A DNA stretch of 64,000 nucleotides from Haliotis rubra (taxonomy: Eukaryota), in contig NW_025767302.1 of the NCBI RefSeq assembly GCF_003918875.1, forward strand, positions 744,001 through 808,000, written 5' to 3'. How positions within the stretch are numbered: position 1 is the stretch's first letter; the number at the start of each line of letters is the position of its first letter. The notes beneath the pieces were generated by a model. The model saw only the letters and a list, made by a program, of their open reading frames with translations. It had not been told where the DNA came from and did no database searches. The translations under genes and the position numbers were made by a program. This document shows positions 1 to 13,121 of this stretch, in pieces.

Positions 1-246
1 GAACTGCAGCTTCTGCGCGTACTTAACGTCGATATCGACGTTGACAGGCAGCGACATATAAAGCTGGACCTGTTTGGCGATGTTGAAGGCGGTGAAGGTG
101 AGCCCCCCGCATACAACCATGAGCCAAAAGCAACGCCGAAGTCTACCGGATGTGACGTCAGCGATCTGTTTGACTCCCTGCATGGTCATCTGGTCTGCTA
201 AACGTACCGGAGGAGGAACGCCATTCTCCTCGATGCATACACTCAT
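1..246 (-). CDS. DEG/ENaC (ASIC-like) sodium channel paralog A, first coding exon, partial (continues beyond window start)
   Basis: Not in the ORF track. Reverse complement from ATG at 246 reads MSVCIEENGVPPPVRLADQMTMQGVKQIADVTSGRLRRCFWLMVVCGGLTFTAFNIAKQVQLYMSLPVNVDIDVKYAQKLQF, open to position 1. It is closely similar to the N-terminus/TM1 of the gene at 4267 and ends at the start of the post-TM1 FPAVT motif. Confidence 0.9.
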   Translation of the reverse strand, partial: MSVCIEENGVPPPVRLADQMTMQGVKQIADVTSGRLRRCFWLMVVCGGLTFTAFNIAKQVQLYMSLPVNVDIDVKYAQKLQF

Positions 247-1129
247 TTTTAGATTTAGGGTATCACAGATGGCAAATGATGACCAGTTTGAGAAATTAAA
301 AGTTTTCAATGTCAAACTGCCGTTCACATATCTATGACTCACTTGAAACCGAATAACCGCATCCTACACACATCCAAAGAATCAATGTTCCAAAGAGCGA
401 AGACAGTTTTAACTGCCTTATATCTTATGCCTGAATGACTGATCATCATTGAGCACATATCATACAACATCTACAATGAGTGATATTGTCCACAGGCTGT
501 GATCTGTGAACTATTTGAATCTGTTATTCAAGAAGAACTATTTCCAGAAGAAGAATTCAAATCAATGTCTACTGTTTCCAGTAGTCCACCCAGTACAGAA
601 CCTGACACCTTTGCTTGTGTTCCACATAGTAACTCTATACACCCACGGATGGCAGTTGATGAAGGATAAACGAAACAGAGGCATCATAAATTATTGAATA
701 CATTTCATCTCTTTTGTTTACCGACAGAAGTATAAATAACAGTCCCAGTTACATTGCCCATTATCTGTGTGAAAATAATTAATCTGTGTTTACAACATGA
801 TGGGTGCAGTAGCGCGTTAAAATGGAAGATCAGACAAATGCATTATAGAGCAGAGTGTAATAACAACTCTGTTCATGTTGAATCAATAACAGCTCTGTGG
901 TGTATTATCCATTATCATGGACACGTCATTAGCGGAATAGCGCGGCAGAGGGACTCAAGGCAGAGGTCTGATTCATGTAGCAATGAGGATAATAGCGATT
1001 GAACGTTCGATGAGTCTACAGTCTACCTGCCATACGAAGGGCTACATTACAGTTGGAACACTTCATAAGAATTCCATAAAGACGTTCAAATACATATCAT
1101 TTATATATTTCTGTTAAGTATCTATATAT

Positions 1130-2340
1130 ACACATGGAAGAAAGTATCGCAACACCCCATGCTTTTCATAGTACCAATATGTTACCATTAACCATGTTCC
1201 AATACATCAAGATTTTTTACTGGAGGGTCCCTCTGGTGTATTTGTCCATAATGTCTCAAACATACTCCATGGGATTGAGATCAGGACTCCTGGAGGGCCA
1301 AGGTAGAGTTGCTACACCACCGCGCATGCACGATGTGGCCTAGCATTGTCGTTCATGAAGGCTGGAATTATATCCCGGGGGAGGGTCATCGAAATGTGGT
1401 ACAACAACCCTGTCTAGGATGTACCGTTGCCCATTCAGATTTTGGCTGATCATCGAAAGGTCAAGTTTACAGACATGCGAGAGGCACCCCTACCCTATCA
1501 ATGAACCCCCACCAAACGGCACTTGCTCCAAGTTATACATATGCAGTGCTTCTGTGCGGCACCCGACCGCCTCCGTGGTGTAGTGGTTAGAGCGTCCGCC
1601 CGGAGAGCGGAAGGTCGCGGGTTCGATCCCCGGCCGCGTCATACCAAAACACGTTAAAATATGGTACTTGTCGGTCCCTGCCTGGCGCTCGGCATTAATG
1701 GGTACAACAAGGACTGGTAGGCTCGGAGTCCGTATAATGTGTCTGAGTGGGGTATCCATGCTTAACTGCGCCTGCGGCATGGTATCTCCGTGAGCTAGCA
1801 CTATAAAACCAGCTTAAGTCTGGGCTAGTACAAGCATCCACACATACACACGCATGTACGTCGGCATATGAGCGAAATATTCTTAAGTGCGACGTTAAAC
1901 CCCATTTCACCTCACCTTACCTGTGCGGCACCAAACCCGAGCTCGGTCATCAGCCAAGAACTACAAAAACCGACTTTCGTCCCGACCAGTTGACCCATCC
2001 ATGTGAACTCATGCCTTATTGCTGTGCTGCTATGATAACAACGGACGCCTGATTCAATACCCAGCCGATTTTAGGCGACTTCCTACCGTCCTGATGGACA
2101 AACGACGATGTGGCAGCAACTCTGATGTTAACATGCCATTTATGACATGAACGGGTATAATCTTGTGATTTTGAGAAGGGCTGAATCCCCTTGTTGTCAC
2201 TCGCGGTCGATCAGGACGCTAACGGTCATTAACCCCATTTGTTCACTGATGTTTTCAATCGGCTGATAATCGATGGATGGCAAACAACATCTATTGCAAT
2301 AGCCCTCGGTGACATACCATCAGTTGAGGAAACCCCATAT
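1130..2340 (-). mobile_element. Degenerate Tc1/mariner transposon remnant, interrupted by a SINE
   Basis: Minus-strand fragments resembling Tc1 transposase: SPDLNPMEYV, FMNDNA, PDRPRVTT and an N-terminal HTH-like RAIA..CHPSIISR; many stops and frameshifts. Confidence 0.7.
1564..1920 (+). mobile_element. tRNA-derived SINE, family C (~360 bp, CCTCA-repeat tail)
   Basis: A-box GTGGTGTAGTGG, B-box GGTTCGATCCC; 12-bp TSD CTGTGCGGCACC at 1552-1563 and 1921-1932; near-identical copies at 39533 and 58229. Confidence 0.9.
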
Positions 2341-2975
2341 TTGTTTATGAACAACGATTTCAATAAATTTTCAAAGTTATCGGACTCTAAGTAAAGGACT
2401 CTGAAATTAGATATTTGCCTAATGACCAGTACACATGCCCTAATGTTGCACGTGATGTTTGCCTTTGATCGGAAGAATATCTAAAAGCAATGGTCGATGC
2501 GGCCGAATGATCAAAATAGGCGTAAAAACAAACATGATTATGATATGAATATAAACGGCTGTATAGAGGTTATATAAATCATGTGTTCCAAAGGCTTTTT
2601 CCGTGCGTATAATTCCAAACATGATTGTCACTGCGAAAAGTATACGCAAGGAACAACTAACATTTGTATTTTCACGTTTACAAATCAATAACCAAAAATG
2701 AATAACAATGGCAGAATATGACAGAGAGTCCTACAACATCCTTAATGAGATGCGCTTTCCCGCAGATATAGAGTAAATAACTTCCAGAAATAATAAAGAA
2801 ACATCTAAATGTATTAACAGATTAACCATGTTAATAAATAATAACAATCGGAGTAAGGAATAGAGTAGGGTACAACATACAACGGCGCTGTCAAATATAC
2901 AGGTGATGGTAAAGGCAATGAAATCATTTGTTTATCACTTTTCAGCAATAGTGTCACGTTTTCCTAAAACGCCAA

Positions 2976-3140
2976 GGGGGCGGTGGGGTGGCCTAGGTGT
3001 TACAGCGTTCGCTCGTCACGCTGAAGACCCGGGTTCGATTCCCCACATGGGTACAATGTGTGAAGCTCATTTGTGGTGTTCCCCCGCCGTGATATTGCTG
3101 GAATATTGCTAAGCGACGTAAAACTAAACTCACTACCTCA
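2976..3140 (+). mobile_element. tRNA-derived SINE, family A (~170 bp, ACTC-repeat tail)
   Basis: tRNA-like head with GGTTCGATTCCC B-box; body CCACATGGGTACAATGTGTGAAGC; several other copies in the window. Confidence 0.85.
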
Positions 3141-3207
3141 CTAAAACGCCGAGGCTGGATACCCAGGCTGAATATGATCTTTACACAACCAGTGGTCTTG
3201 ATGTAAT

Positions 3208-3372
3208 GAGTCAGTGAATGAGTTTGGTTTTACGGGCTCGGAGCAATATTCCAGCAATATCACGACGGGGGAACCTGAATTGGGATTCACACATTGTTCA
3301 CATGTGGGGAATCGAACCCGAGCCTTCGGCGTGACGAGCGAACGCTTAAACCACTTAGCTACCCCACCGCCC
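3208..3372 (-). mobile_element. tRNA-derived SINE, family A
   Basis: Reverse complement of family A; tail-to-tail with the copy at 2976-3140. Confidence 0.85.
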
Positions 3373-4266
3373 CTTTGGTGTAATGAGATAAGCATGCGCC
3401 TCCAGAACGGTTGACATCATGCTGGATTAGTATGAGGTTGTCCAAGAAGATATCAGGCTACACGTGCCTCAAGAAGCGTCCTCACAGAATAACTTCCCCA
3501 CCACGGATTACATCGATAGTAATACATTCCTGACAACTACTTAAAATACAATGTTATGATCTTCTACTGAGTCTTACAATAAAATACCTTTACAACACTG
3601 GTCAACAAAACGTTTCACTTTTATATAATACGCATAAAAAAACGACAAAGAACGCTCGATTCATTCAAATAACTTTTGTAAATGTATTACGCCGAGACCC
3701 AAAACAGAATAATGATAGTCACATGAAAGACTGTTTGTGCTGTTGAATGTCAGTGCATATATTTCTAGATGAGTATGATGTCAAGAATATAAAGCTGTGA
3801 ATTGTAAAATGAAAAAACCCACCAAATCTCAACAACAACAGCAACAGCAACAACAATCGGATGGTGTTTTACTTCCTTCGGGCGGTATATGTTATTATTT
3901 AGTCATGCAAAACAGCACAGTGACAGCTGTCAATCTCTGAATCGTGTCATTAGTGATCGCGATGAATCAAGTCGATGATGGCACCATTGGTTGGAACAGA
4001 TCTCAGATATCCGTAAATGTGTTTCGTATTATACTTTGTTATTTGATTGGATGGATGTGGCGGAAACTGCCAGGGTGAATCGTTAGTGGCACACTTACAA
4101 AACCTTACTCGACACCCAGTATACGTGCTGTGACATCGTGAAGAGCCCATAGACATTGCAGGGAGTACCAGGACAGTTCCGAAAAACGGGGCTCTGTACT
4201 GCTACCTTCTTTAGGAGAACACTATTAACAATATTTGTGTGAACAACTTTTACTTAAACACGGGAA

Positions 4267-7200
4267 ATGCATTTGCAATATAACCATCGCCTGGATGCCA
4301 AACCGGAACTTGCTGACCATGTTAACATGCAAGGCGTCAAGCAGGTGAGTGACGTCACTTCCGGTGTTCTGCGACGTCTTTTCTGGTTTCTCGTTATATG
4401 TGGAGGACTTGCGTTCACCGCCTTCAACGTCATGAAACAGATGCAACTGTTTCTGTCACGTCCCGTCAACGTCCACGTCGACGTCAAGTTGGGTCAGACG
4501 CTGCCGTTCCCGGCTGTAACCGTGTGTAACACTAACATAGCTAAAAGATCGGTGGTAGACATGTATGGACTCACTCAAGAACTTACAGATACGCTTAGAT
4601 ATGACTTTCAAGAAGATGACAGTTCTACAAGTGTACCATCCACAAGCGTGAATGAGTATTACATGGAATTTGGTCACAACGCCTACGACTCCATACTGTG
4701 GGTAAGATATAGTTACTATATTCTTCTATCTTTAATTAAGTTGACTGTTTTAATGATTACAATGGACTGTTATCGTTTAGTTTAACATATATTTCACTGC
4801 CCAATTTTGGTTACAGGAAGATTTGTCGTAAGAGGCGACTAACGGAAATAGGTGGTCAGGTTCGCTGACTTGGTTGACATATGTCATAGTATCCAGATTT
4901 CGTAGACGGATGCTCATGATGTTGACCACTGGATTGTCTGGTCCAGACTCGATTATTTACAGGCCGCCGCCATATAGCTGGAATATTGCTGAGTCCGGCG
5001 TTAAACAACAAATAGGCGAACAAACAGATACAGGAAAACAGTCAAATGATAGTCATTCAACACCTGGGCTGACTACAGGTAGATAATGGCCAGTACATTA
5101 TACAACACCAGAGATAATGGTCAGTCAGTTATTCAACACCATAGATAATATTCAGTCAGTTATTCAACACCAGAGATACTTGTTAGTCAGTTATTCAACA
5201 CCAGAGATAATGGTCAGTCAGTTATTGAACACCAGATATACTGGTCAGTCAGTTAGTCAACACCATAGATAATATTCAGTCAGTTATGCAACACCAAAGA
5301 TACTTGTTAGTCAGTATTTTCAACACCAGAGATAATGGTCAGTCAGTTATTGAACACCAGATATACTGGTCAGTCAGTTAGTCAACACCATAGATAATAT
5401 TCAGTCAGTTATTCAACACCAAAGATACTTGTTAGTCAGTATTTTCAACACCAGAGAGAATGGTCAGTCAGTTATTGAACACCAGATATACTGGTCAGTC
5501 AGTTAGTCAACACCATAGATAATATTCAGTCAGTTATTCAACACCAGAGATACTTGTTAGTCAGTATTTTCAACACCAGAGATAATGGTCAGTCAGTTAT
5601 TGAACACCAGATATACTGGTCAGTCAGTTAGTCAACACCATAGATAATATTCAGTCAGTTATTCAACACCAGAGATACTTGTTAGTCAGTATTTTCAACA
5701 CCAGAGATAATGGTCAGTCAGTTATTGAACACCAGATATACTGGTCAGTCAGTTAGTCAACACCATAGATAATATTCAGTCAGTTATTCAACACCAAAGA
5801 TACTTGTTAGTCAGTATTTTCAACACCAGAGATAATGGTCAGTCAGTTATTGAACACCAGATATACTGGTCAGTCAGTTAGTCAACACCATAGATAATAT
5901 TCAGTCAGTTATTCAACACCAAAGATACTTGTTAGTCAGTATTTTCAACACCAGAGATAATGGTCAGTCAGTTATTGAACACCAGATATACTGGTCAGTC
6001 AGTTAGTCAACACCATAGATAATATTCAGTCAGTTATTCAGCACCAGAGATACTTGTTAGTCAGTATTTTCAACACCAGAGATAATGGTCAGTCAGTTAT
6101 TGAACACAAGATATACTGGTCAGTCAGTTAGTCAACACCATAGATAATATTCAGTCAGTTATGCAACACCAAAGATACTTGTTAGTCAGTATTTTCAACA
6201 CCAGAGATAATGGTCAGTCAGTTATTGAACACCAGATATACTGGTCAGTCAGTTAGTCAACACCATAGATAATATTCAGTCAGTTATTCAACACCAAAGA
6301 TACTTGTTAGTCAGTATTTTCAACACCAGAGATAATGGTCAGTCAGTTATTGAACACCAGATATACTGGTCAGTCAGTTAGTCAACACCATAGATAATAT
6401 TCAATCAGTTATTCAACACCAAAGATACTTGTTAGTCAGTATTTTCAACACCAGAGATAATGGTCAGTCAGTTATTGAACACCAGATATACTGGTCAGTC
6501 AGTTAGTCAACACCATAGATAATATTCAGTCAGTTATTCAACACCAAAGATACTTGTTAGTCAGTATTTTCAACACCATAGAAAATGGTCAGTCAGTTAT
6601 TCAACACCAAAGATACTTGTCAGTCAGTCATTCAACACCAGAGACAATGGTCAGTCAGTTATTCAACACCATTGATAATCGTCAGTGAGTTCTTCAACAC
6701 CAGAGATAATAGTCAGTCAGTTATTCAACACCAAAGATTCTTGTCAGTCAGTTATTCAACACCAGAGATAATGGTCAGTCAGTTATTCAACACCACAGAT
6801 AATGGTCAGTCAGTTATTCAACACCAGAGATACTGGTCAGTCAGTTATTCAACACCAGAGATACTGGTCAGTCAGTTATTCAACACCAGAGATAATGGTC
6901 AGTCAGTTATTCAACACCAGAGAGAATGGTCAGTCAGTTATTGAACACCATTGATAATCGTCAGTCAGTTCTTCAACACCAGAGATAATAGTCAGTCAGT
7001 TATTCAACACCAGAGATAATGGTCAGTCAGTTATTCAACACCAGAGATAATGGTCAGTCAGTTATTCAACACCAGAGATAATGGTCAGTCAGTTTTTCAA
7101 CACCAGAGAGAATGGTCAGTCAGTTATTGAACACCATTGATAATCGTCAGTCAGTTCTTCAACACCCGAGATAATAGTCAGTCAGTTATTCAACACCAGA

Positions 7201-10200
7201 GATAATGGTCAGTCAGTTATTCAACACCAGAGATACTGGTCAGTCAGTTATTCAACACCAGAGATAATGGTCAGTCAGTTTTTCAACACCAGAGATAATG
7301 GTCAGTCAGTTTTTCAACACCAGAGACAATGGTCAGTCAGTTCTTCAACACTTCAGACCATAATAGTCAGTTATTCAACACCAAAGATTCTTGTCAGTCA
7401 GTTATTCAACACCAGAGACAATGGTCAGTCATGGTTATTCAACACCAGAGATAATAGTCAGTCAGTTATTCAACACCAGAACACCAGTCAGTTTTTCAAC
7501 ACCAGAGACAATGGTCAGTCAGTTATTCAACACCAGAGATACTGAGATAATGGTCAGTCAGTTATTCAGTCAGTTCTGGTCAGTCAGTTCTTCCACCATA
7601 GATAATAGTCAGTCAGTTATTCAACACCAAAGATTCTTGTCAGTCAGTTATTCAACACCAGAGATAATGGTCAGTCAGTTATTCAACACCACAGATAATG
7701 GTCAGTCAGTTATTCAACACCAGAGATACTGGTCAGTCAGTTATTGAACACCATTGATAATCGTCAGTCAGTTCTTCAACACCAGAGATAATAGTCAGTC
7801 AGTTATTCAACACCAGAGATAATGGTCAGTCAGTTATTCAACACCAGAGATACTGGTCAGTCAGTTATTCAACACCAGAGATAATGGTCAGTCAGTTTTT
7901 CAACACCAGAGATAATGGTCAGTCAGTTATTCAACACCAGAGATACTGGCCATTCAGTTATTCCTGTACCAATAGTCAGTTGAACCTGCCAGGGTATCCT
8001 GATGTTGATGAAACTACCCTGGGTCTCATAAACATATCCTTACTGCTGAGACCCGGTCCTTACAACATTCATTGACTCAGGAGGGATTAGCCATAATTAC
8101 GTGTTGCTCGTACATTATTAACCAATCCATTCTATTTTATTGTATACACGTCTGAATTCAGTGCACTTGGGGGAAGGAAGCATGTGGGCACGCAAACTTC
8201 ACGCATTTGGTGACAGACAGTGGGCTATGCTTCACATTCAATGGTGAGTAGAGAAGTACTTTTGGTGTTGTAACAATGAAAGGCATGGTAATGATGTGAC
8301 GGGCATGGTTATCTGTGTAAGAAGATTTCAGTACCTTAACATATCCTCTCGGAAACACATTGAGTTACCTGTCATAATGCAATTGCAAAGTTAATACTGT
8401 AAATGAAAATATTCTGGCTGATAAATATTTCATCAGCTGTTGTAGCTGTTGTGAGGTAGAGGCAGAAAACGTGCACAAAATAAAGTCATATTTTTCTTTT
8501 AGCAAATGGAGAAAGCTTCATACGTAACTCGGGGAGACAGTACGGGTTGAAACTCGCTTTATGGGTTGGGGCAGAGGAGTTTACCCGTAGTCGCCAGAAG
8601 ACAGAAGGAGAGGGTTTCATGGTGGGTAAGAATAAACTCCCGACCAGACAACCCACAATAGAGAATCTTGAGCACGATCATAACAACTATTAAAATTAAA
8701 AATGATGTATTTAATTTAAATAACATCTGACGCATGCAAATGCAGAGATTTTAAAACTCTTTGATTGAGTTGATCGATACATTCCAGAGATATAGTTGAG
8801 GATTGATGTAATTGACTTGAAGGTTATATTGAGCTTGATAATTCCACAAAAGTGATTATAAACAAGCGTGGGTACATGTTATCCCCAAATCGGATTATGC
8901 AGTGTTTATGAGTCGTCTGACGGATTGGATTTAAAATGTGCAAATATAACCACTTAGTGGTCAGTGAGTGAGTGAGCTTAGTTTTACGCCGCACTCAGCA
9001 GTATCCCAGCTATATGGCTGCGGTCTGTAAATAATCGAGTCTGGGCCAGACAATCCAGTGACCAACAGCATGAGCATCGATCTACGCAATTCGAATACGA
9101 TGAGATGTGTCAACCAAATCAGCGAGTCCCGTTAGTCGCATCTTACGACAAGCATGGGTTACTGAAGATCAGTTCTAACCTGCATCTTCACGGGTCTACC
9201 CTTTTAAGATGACACCTGGGGTCATGTTTTTCAACCAATCAGATTAAAGAATACAGTCACTTTTGGTTTACAATAATGTTTAAAGATATATTTTGCAGAT
9301 CGATGTTCCACGTAGAGACCGTGACGGACCCGTAACCCATGCTTGTCGTAGAGGGATCGGGTGGTCAAGCTTGCTGACATGTCTGACACATGTCATCGTA
9401 TCCCACTTACGTAGATCGATGCTCATGCTGTTGATCACTGGATTGTCTGGTCCAGACTCGATTATTTACAGACCGCCTTCATACAGCTGGAATATTACTG
9501 AGTGTGGCGTAAAAGTAAACTCACTCACTCACTCCACATACATGGAGATCATTGTGATAAACGTCCCTTGTTCCTTTGTACAGATTACGATTCATTCGGC
9601 CGACATTCCCCCGGTAATTGCGGAGACTGGCATGGCGGTGTCGCCAGGTTCCCAGTACTTGTTTGGGCTTGAAGTGCAGGTAGGGGCAGAAATCGAGGTG
9701 ATCAGTATGTTTGTTTAACGCCGTTTTTAGCAGAGTGCCTGACTATCTGGGAGGAGTGCCTGACTATCTGGGAGGAGTGCCTGACTATATGGGAGGAAAC
9801 CCAGCTGTGAGGTCATTTGTACGGAGCTCACAAATCAGAGATTATAATAAGTGTGTATATATAATATTCACATGATCATAGGATCTAAGCACAACATGAT
9901 AACGCTCCAGCATCGTGTTTGACCACGTTGGCACCCGGGCACACATCAATTACTGTTAGTGAGTAAGGTTTAATTCCACTTTGAAAAGTATGTAGGCTAA
10001 GATTCGGGTTAAAATTGGTCTTCAGACTCGGCTATTTTCGGAAAACGTAACTAGTAACTACTACTGCTAAGTGAATAATCATCGGTTTCATTGCTATTAC
10101 CCATGCTTGTCGTAAGAGGCAACTGACGGGATCGGGTGGTCAGGCTGGCTGACTTAGTATCCGAATTGCGTAGATCAATGCCCATGCTGTCGATCACTGG

Positions 10201-13121
10201 ATTATTTACAGACCGCCACCAAATAGCTGGAATATTGCTGAGTGTGGCGTTAAACAACAAACCAACCAAGAAAGTGTGATAGGCGATGAAGTCCAGACCT
10301 GACGCAGGTCTTAGACCGGCCAGAACCTGTTTGGTGCTGAGAAACCTAGGACCATAACCAGGTCGAATCAGGATTCAAACCACATGGGTTCGAATCCCTG
10401 TTTGGACACTAATTTTTTTTTTTTTAAGATATGTAGACTTTTGCAATCATAAACTCTGTCAAAAAAGAAACGCAACCCCTGTATTTTAGAGATTTTGATC
10501 TGAAGTTTTAAGACGACACAGCATTTTTATTATTTAAGACAGAAGTCTGAAATTTGGCAGAATAATAACCAAGATGGGCATGTTTAAAATTGTCATTTCA
10601 AAAGTCATCTCACAGACACCAGTTTGTCACCAGGGGGGGCGTCTTTCTCAGTATCTCGTATGAGCACCACGAGCTGCAATCACTGCACGGCATCTCCTTG
10701 GACAAGAACGGATAAGACGCCGGATTCTTTCCTGGGAATGGCTCTCCACTCCTCCTGCAGTGCAACGCCGAGCTGTTGCAGCGTCTGTGGCGGCGGCTGA
10801 CGTTGACGTACGCGTCGACCCAGAGTATCCCACAGGTGTTCAATAGGGTTGAGGTCTGGTGATTTAGAGGGGCTATGGCAAGACATTGACGTTGGAATTC
10901 TGCAGAAAGTTCATTGTTGCACGTGCAGTATGAGGCCGGGCGTTGTCTGGTTTGAAAATCTGTGTCTGTTGGTCAATAATCGGGAGAAGGTGAGGCTGTA
11001 ATACGTGGTTGATGTAACGTTGGGCTGTCAGGTTCCTTCAACGATCACCAAGTCTGATTTCTGGTTGTATGAGATGGATCCCCAAACCATAACGCTTTCT
11101 CCGCCAAATCTGTCCCCCCTGTCGGACGCAGATGGGCGCAAAACGTTCATGACGTCTCCTATACACGTTTTCTTCCGTCGTGATGTTGCAAAGAAACGGG
11201 ATTCATCAGAAACCAGATGCGCCTCCAGTTTTGTAAAGTCCATATCCTTACGTTGTTGCACCACCTGAGTCGTCGGCGGAGATGTAGGGGCGTAGTACAG
11301 GTCCAACAACTGGTCTACAGGCACGTAAACCCGCTTCTTTCAGACGGTTCCTAATCGTTTGAGCTGACACTCTCCCTCAAACCTGGTATTTGTGTGGCAG
11401 TCACGGTTGGTAGGGCATGCCGATTACGCAGGTGATGGACCCGGATGTACCGATCTTGAAGGGGGTCGTGATTCTTGGCCTTCCACTTCTCGGGCGATCG
11501 TTGGTCAAATTGAAGTTGTTGTAGCGGCTCCAAAGTCGGGATATCGTTGTTTTGTGAACATTTAGGTGCCGTGCAACAGTTCCAAAACTTTCTCCGGCTT
11601 GAACACGACCAATGGCGATATTTCGGTCGGCAGCACTCAATCGTGGCATTTTTAACACAGCTTTTCGGCGACAAATGAATGAATATAATACGAAAGCACA
11701 TGGGCTTTTATACACCCCTACATTAACTGCCATTTTCATGATTTGCATGTGTTTTTTTTGTGCGAAGTCACCATGAGGGTCATTTCATGCGTTGTGACGG
11801 AATAAGCAATAAAATACACTTATGCGTACAAATGCAGTTGTTTGGATGGTAATCTTCATTAATTACGTGTATAATTTCAATACATTCGAATAAAATTTAG
11901 TTTGGAAGCAATAACTTCATTCAAACGAATTTTTCATATCTGAGGACAGGGGTTGCGTTTCTTTTTTGACAGAGTTTATATTGTTTTTATATGCTATTAT
12001 TTACACATATTTCAAATTTGAACGAAATCGGTGGAGAAATAAGGATTTTAGAAATTCCACCGCTAGACACATTACATAAAAAACACAAGAGTGACACTCC
12101 CGATGCAAAAATTATGATAAAAAAACGGACAGCCCGACTATTGTTACGTGCAGTTCAATCAAACCTTACACCACTGACCCTCGCATCAGCCCTACCCTCT
12201 TCTTTGAACAAACGTCAGACCTCTCTTCGGTAAACCTCGACAGTGTCCGTAAATCTCTAAATGACTCGGAAACAGAAAACGGCTCTCATTGGTCAATTTC
12301 CACGTGTGCGATTATTGCGCGGGAAATATTTCAAACACTCGCTCATAGCTTCATGTCACATCCAAGGGGTGCAACACAGCACAGCGAATTGCGACACAAT
12401 AGTATACTATGACATCCGTGCCCACGGCTGGATCAGTAGAGCTTTCTTGTTCGAATGCATGTAACCGATATGTTCTCTTTGTCAGGAGATGGATGCTCCG
12501 GATGGGCTGGCGAACTGTGGCAGGCAGGAGTTGAAGTATTACCCGGGTAATTATTCCCGTGAAGCTTGCCGTAAAGAATGCTTTACCGACTACATCTTAA
12601 AGGCGTGCTCCTGCCGTGAAGCCTACATGCCTGGTAACGCGAGGTTGTGCGACGCGGATGTTATTGTCAATTGTATCCATCCAAAAACGCAGGAATACCT
12701 CCATTCTCGGCGTGAGTGTGAATCTAACTGTCCAGAAACTTGCTCGTACAACATATTTTCTTTAAAGACTGCGTCTGGTCTGAGAGTGACAGACGAGTAT
12801 CTATCAATGCTGGCTAACGCTGATGGCAGCTCGCTTGCATACTGGAGACGGAACTTTGTGTCTGTGGAGGTCTACTACTCATCCATGTATTACCCCTACA
12901 TCAGAAAGCAGTACAGCTACCCCGTCCTTGACCTGATCTGTAACATAGGTGGCGCTCTCGGGCTTATTCTTGGCGCGACTATTGTTTCAGCAGTGGAACT
13001 GTGTGACTTCATTGTGAGACGTATTAGGGCATATTGGTCGTTAAAGACGAGGGTGACAGATTGTGACACTGACCCCAAACTGACGAAAGAGAGACTTTCA
13101 CGAATAATGGCAGCCGAGTGA
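4267..13121 (+). CDS. DEG/ENaC (acid-sensing ion channel-like / amiloride-sensitive Na+ channel) paralog B, 5 exons, 455 aa
   Basis: Exons 4267-4701, 8162-8243, 8503-8621, 9584-9679, 12486-13121; all introns GT-AG with matching phases (0,1,0,0); 1368 nt total. Family motifs: RRLFW-TM1, LPFPAVTVCN, GLCFTFN, G..YGLKL, GF.ITIHS..P, Cys-rich thumb (YSREACRKEC..CSC..CPETC), TM2 NIGGALGLILGATIVSAVELCDF. Confidence 0.93.
4822..5012 (+). mobile_element. SINE-like element, family B (5'-truncated)
   Basis: GTCGTAAGAGGCGACTAAC..TGGATTGTCTGGTCCAGACTCGATTATTTACAG..GCTGGAATATTGCTGAG; about 10 copies in the window. Confidence 0.85.
5085..7965. repeat. 31-bp minisatellite (ATAATGGTCAGTCAGTTATTCAACACCAGAG) with a 125-bp higher-order block, in intron 1 of DEG/ENaC B
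   Basis: Direct tandem repetition; variant GTTATTGAAC recurs every 125 bp from 5221 to 6471. Confidence 0.95.
8963..9196 (-). mobile_element. SINE-like element, family B, near full length
   Basis: Reverse complement begins GACCCGTGAAGAT.. and ends in an (ACTC)n tail. Confidence 0.85.
9316..9533 (+). mobile_element. SINE-like element, family B
   Basis: Family B body and ACTCACTC tail; head partly deleted. Confidence 0.8.
9733..9797. repeat. 21-bp tandem repeat, 3 copies
   Basis: GAGTGCCTGACTATCTGGGAG repeated three times. Confidence 0.85.
9998..10269 (+). mobile_element. SINE-like element, family B, head interrupted by ~70 bp
   Basis: Head AAGATTCGGGTTAAAATTGGTCTTCAG at ~9999-10025; body resumes at ~10097. 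Confidence 0.75.
10452..11976 (-). mobile_element. Tc1-like DNA transposon with disrupted transposase, in intron 4 of DEG/ENaC B
   Basis: Perfect ~31-bp TIRs AACTCTGTCAAAAAAGAAACGCAACCCCTGT flanked by TA. Transposase fragments [48 protein letters not shown] in different frames. Confidence 0.95.

Noticed and set aside
1564-1640. tRNA gene
   Set aside because: tRNA-like head continues into a SINE body and tail with TSDs and multiple copies; not a standalone tRNA. The same holds for family A heads.
5085-7965. CRISPR-like array of ~31-bp repeats
   Set aside because: Units are contiguous with no unique spacers, there are no cas genes, and the context is a eukaryotic intron. The same applies to the 32-, 45- and 63-bp arrays.
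4267-13121. Assigning a specific symbol (ASIC1, FaNaC)
   Set aside because: Family membership is clear, but orthology cannot be established without a phylogeny.
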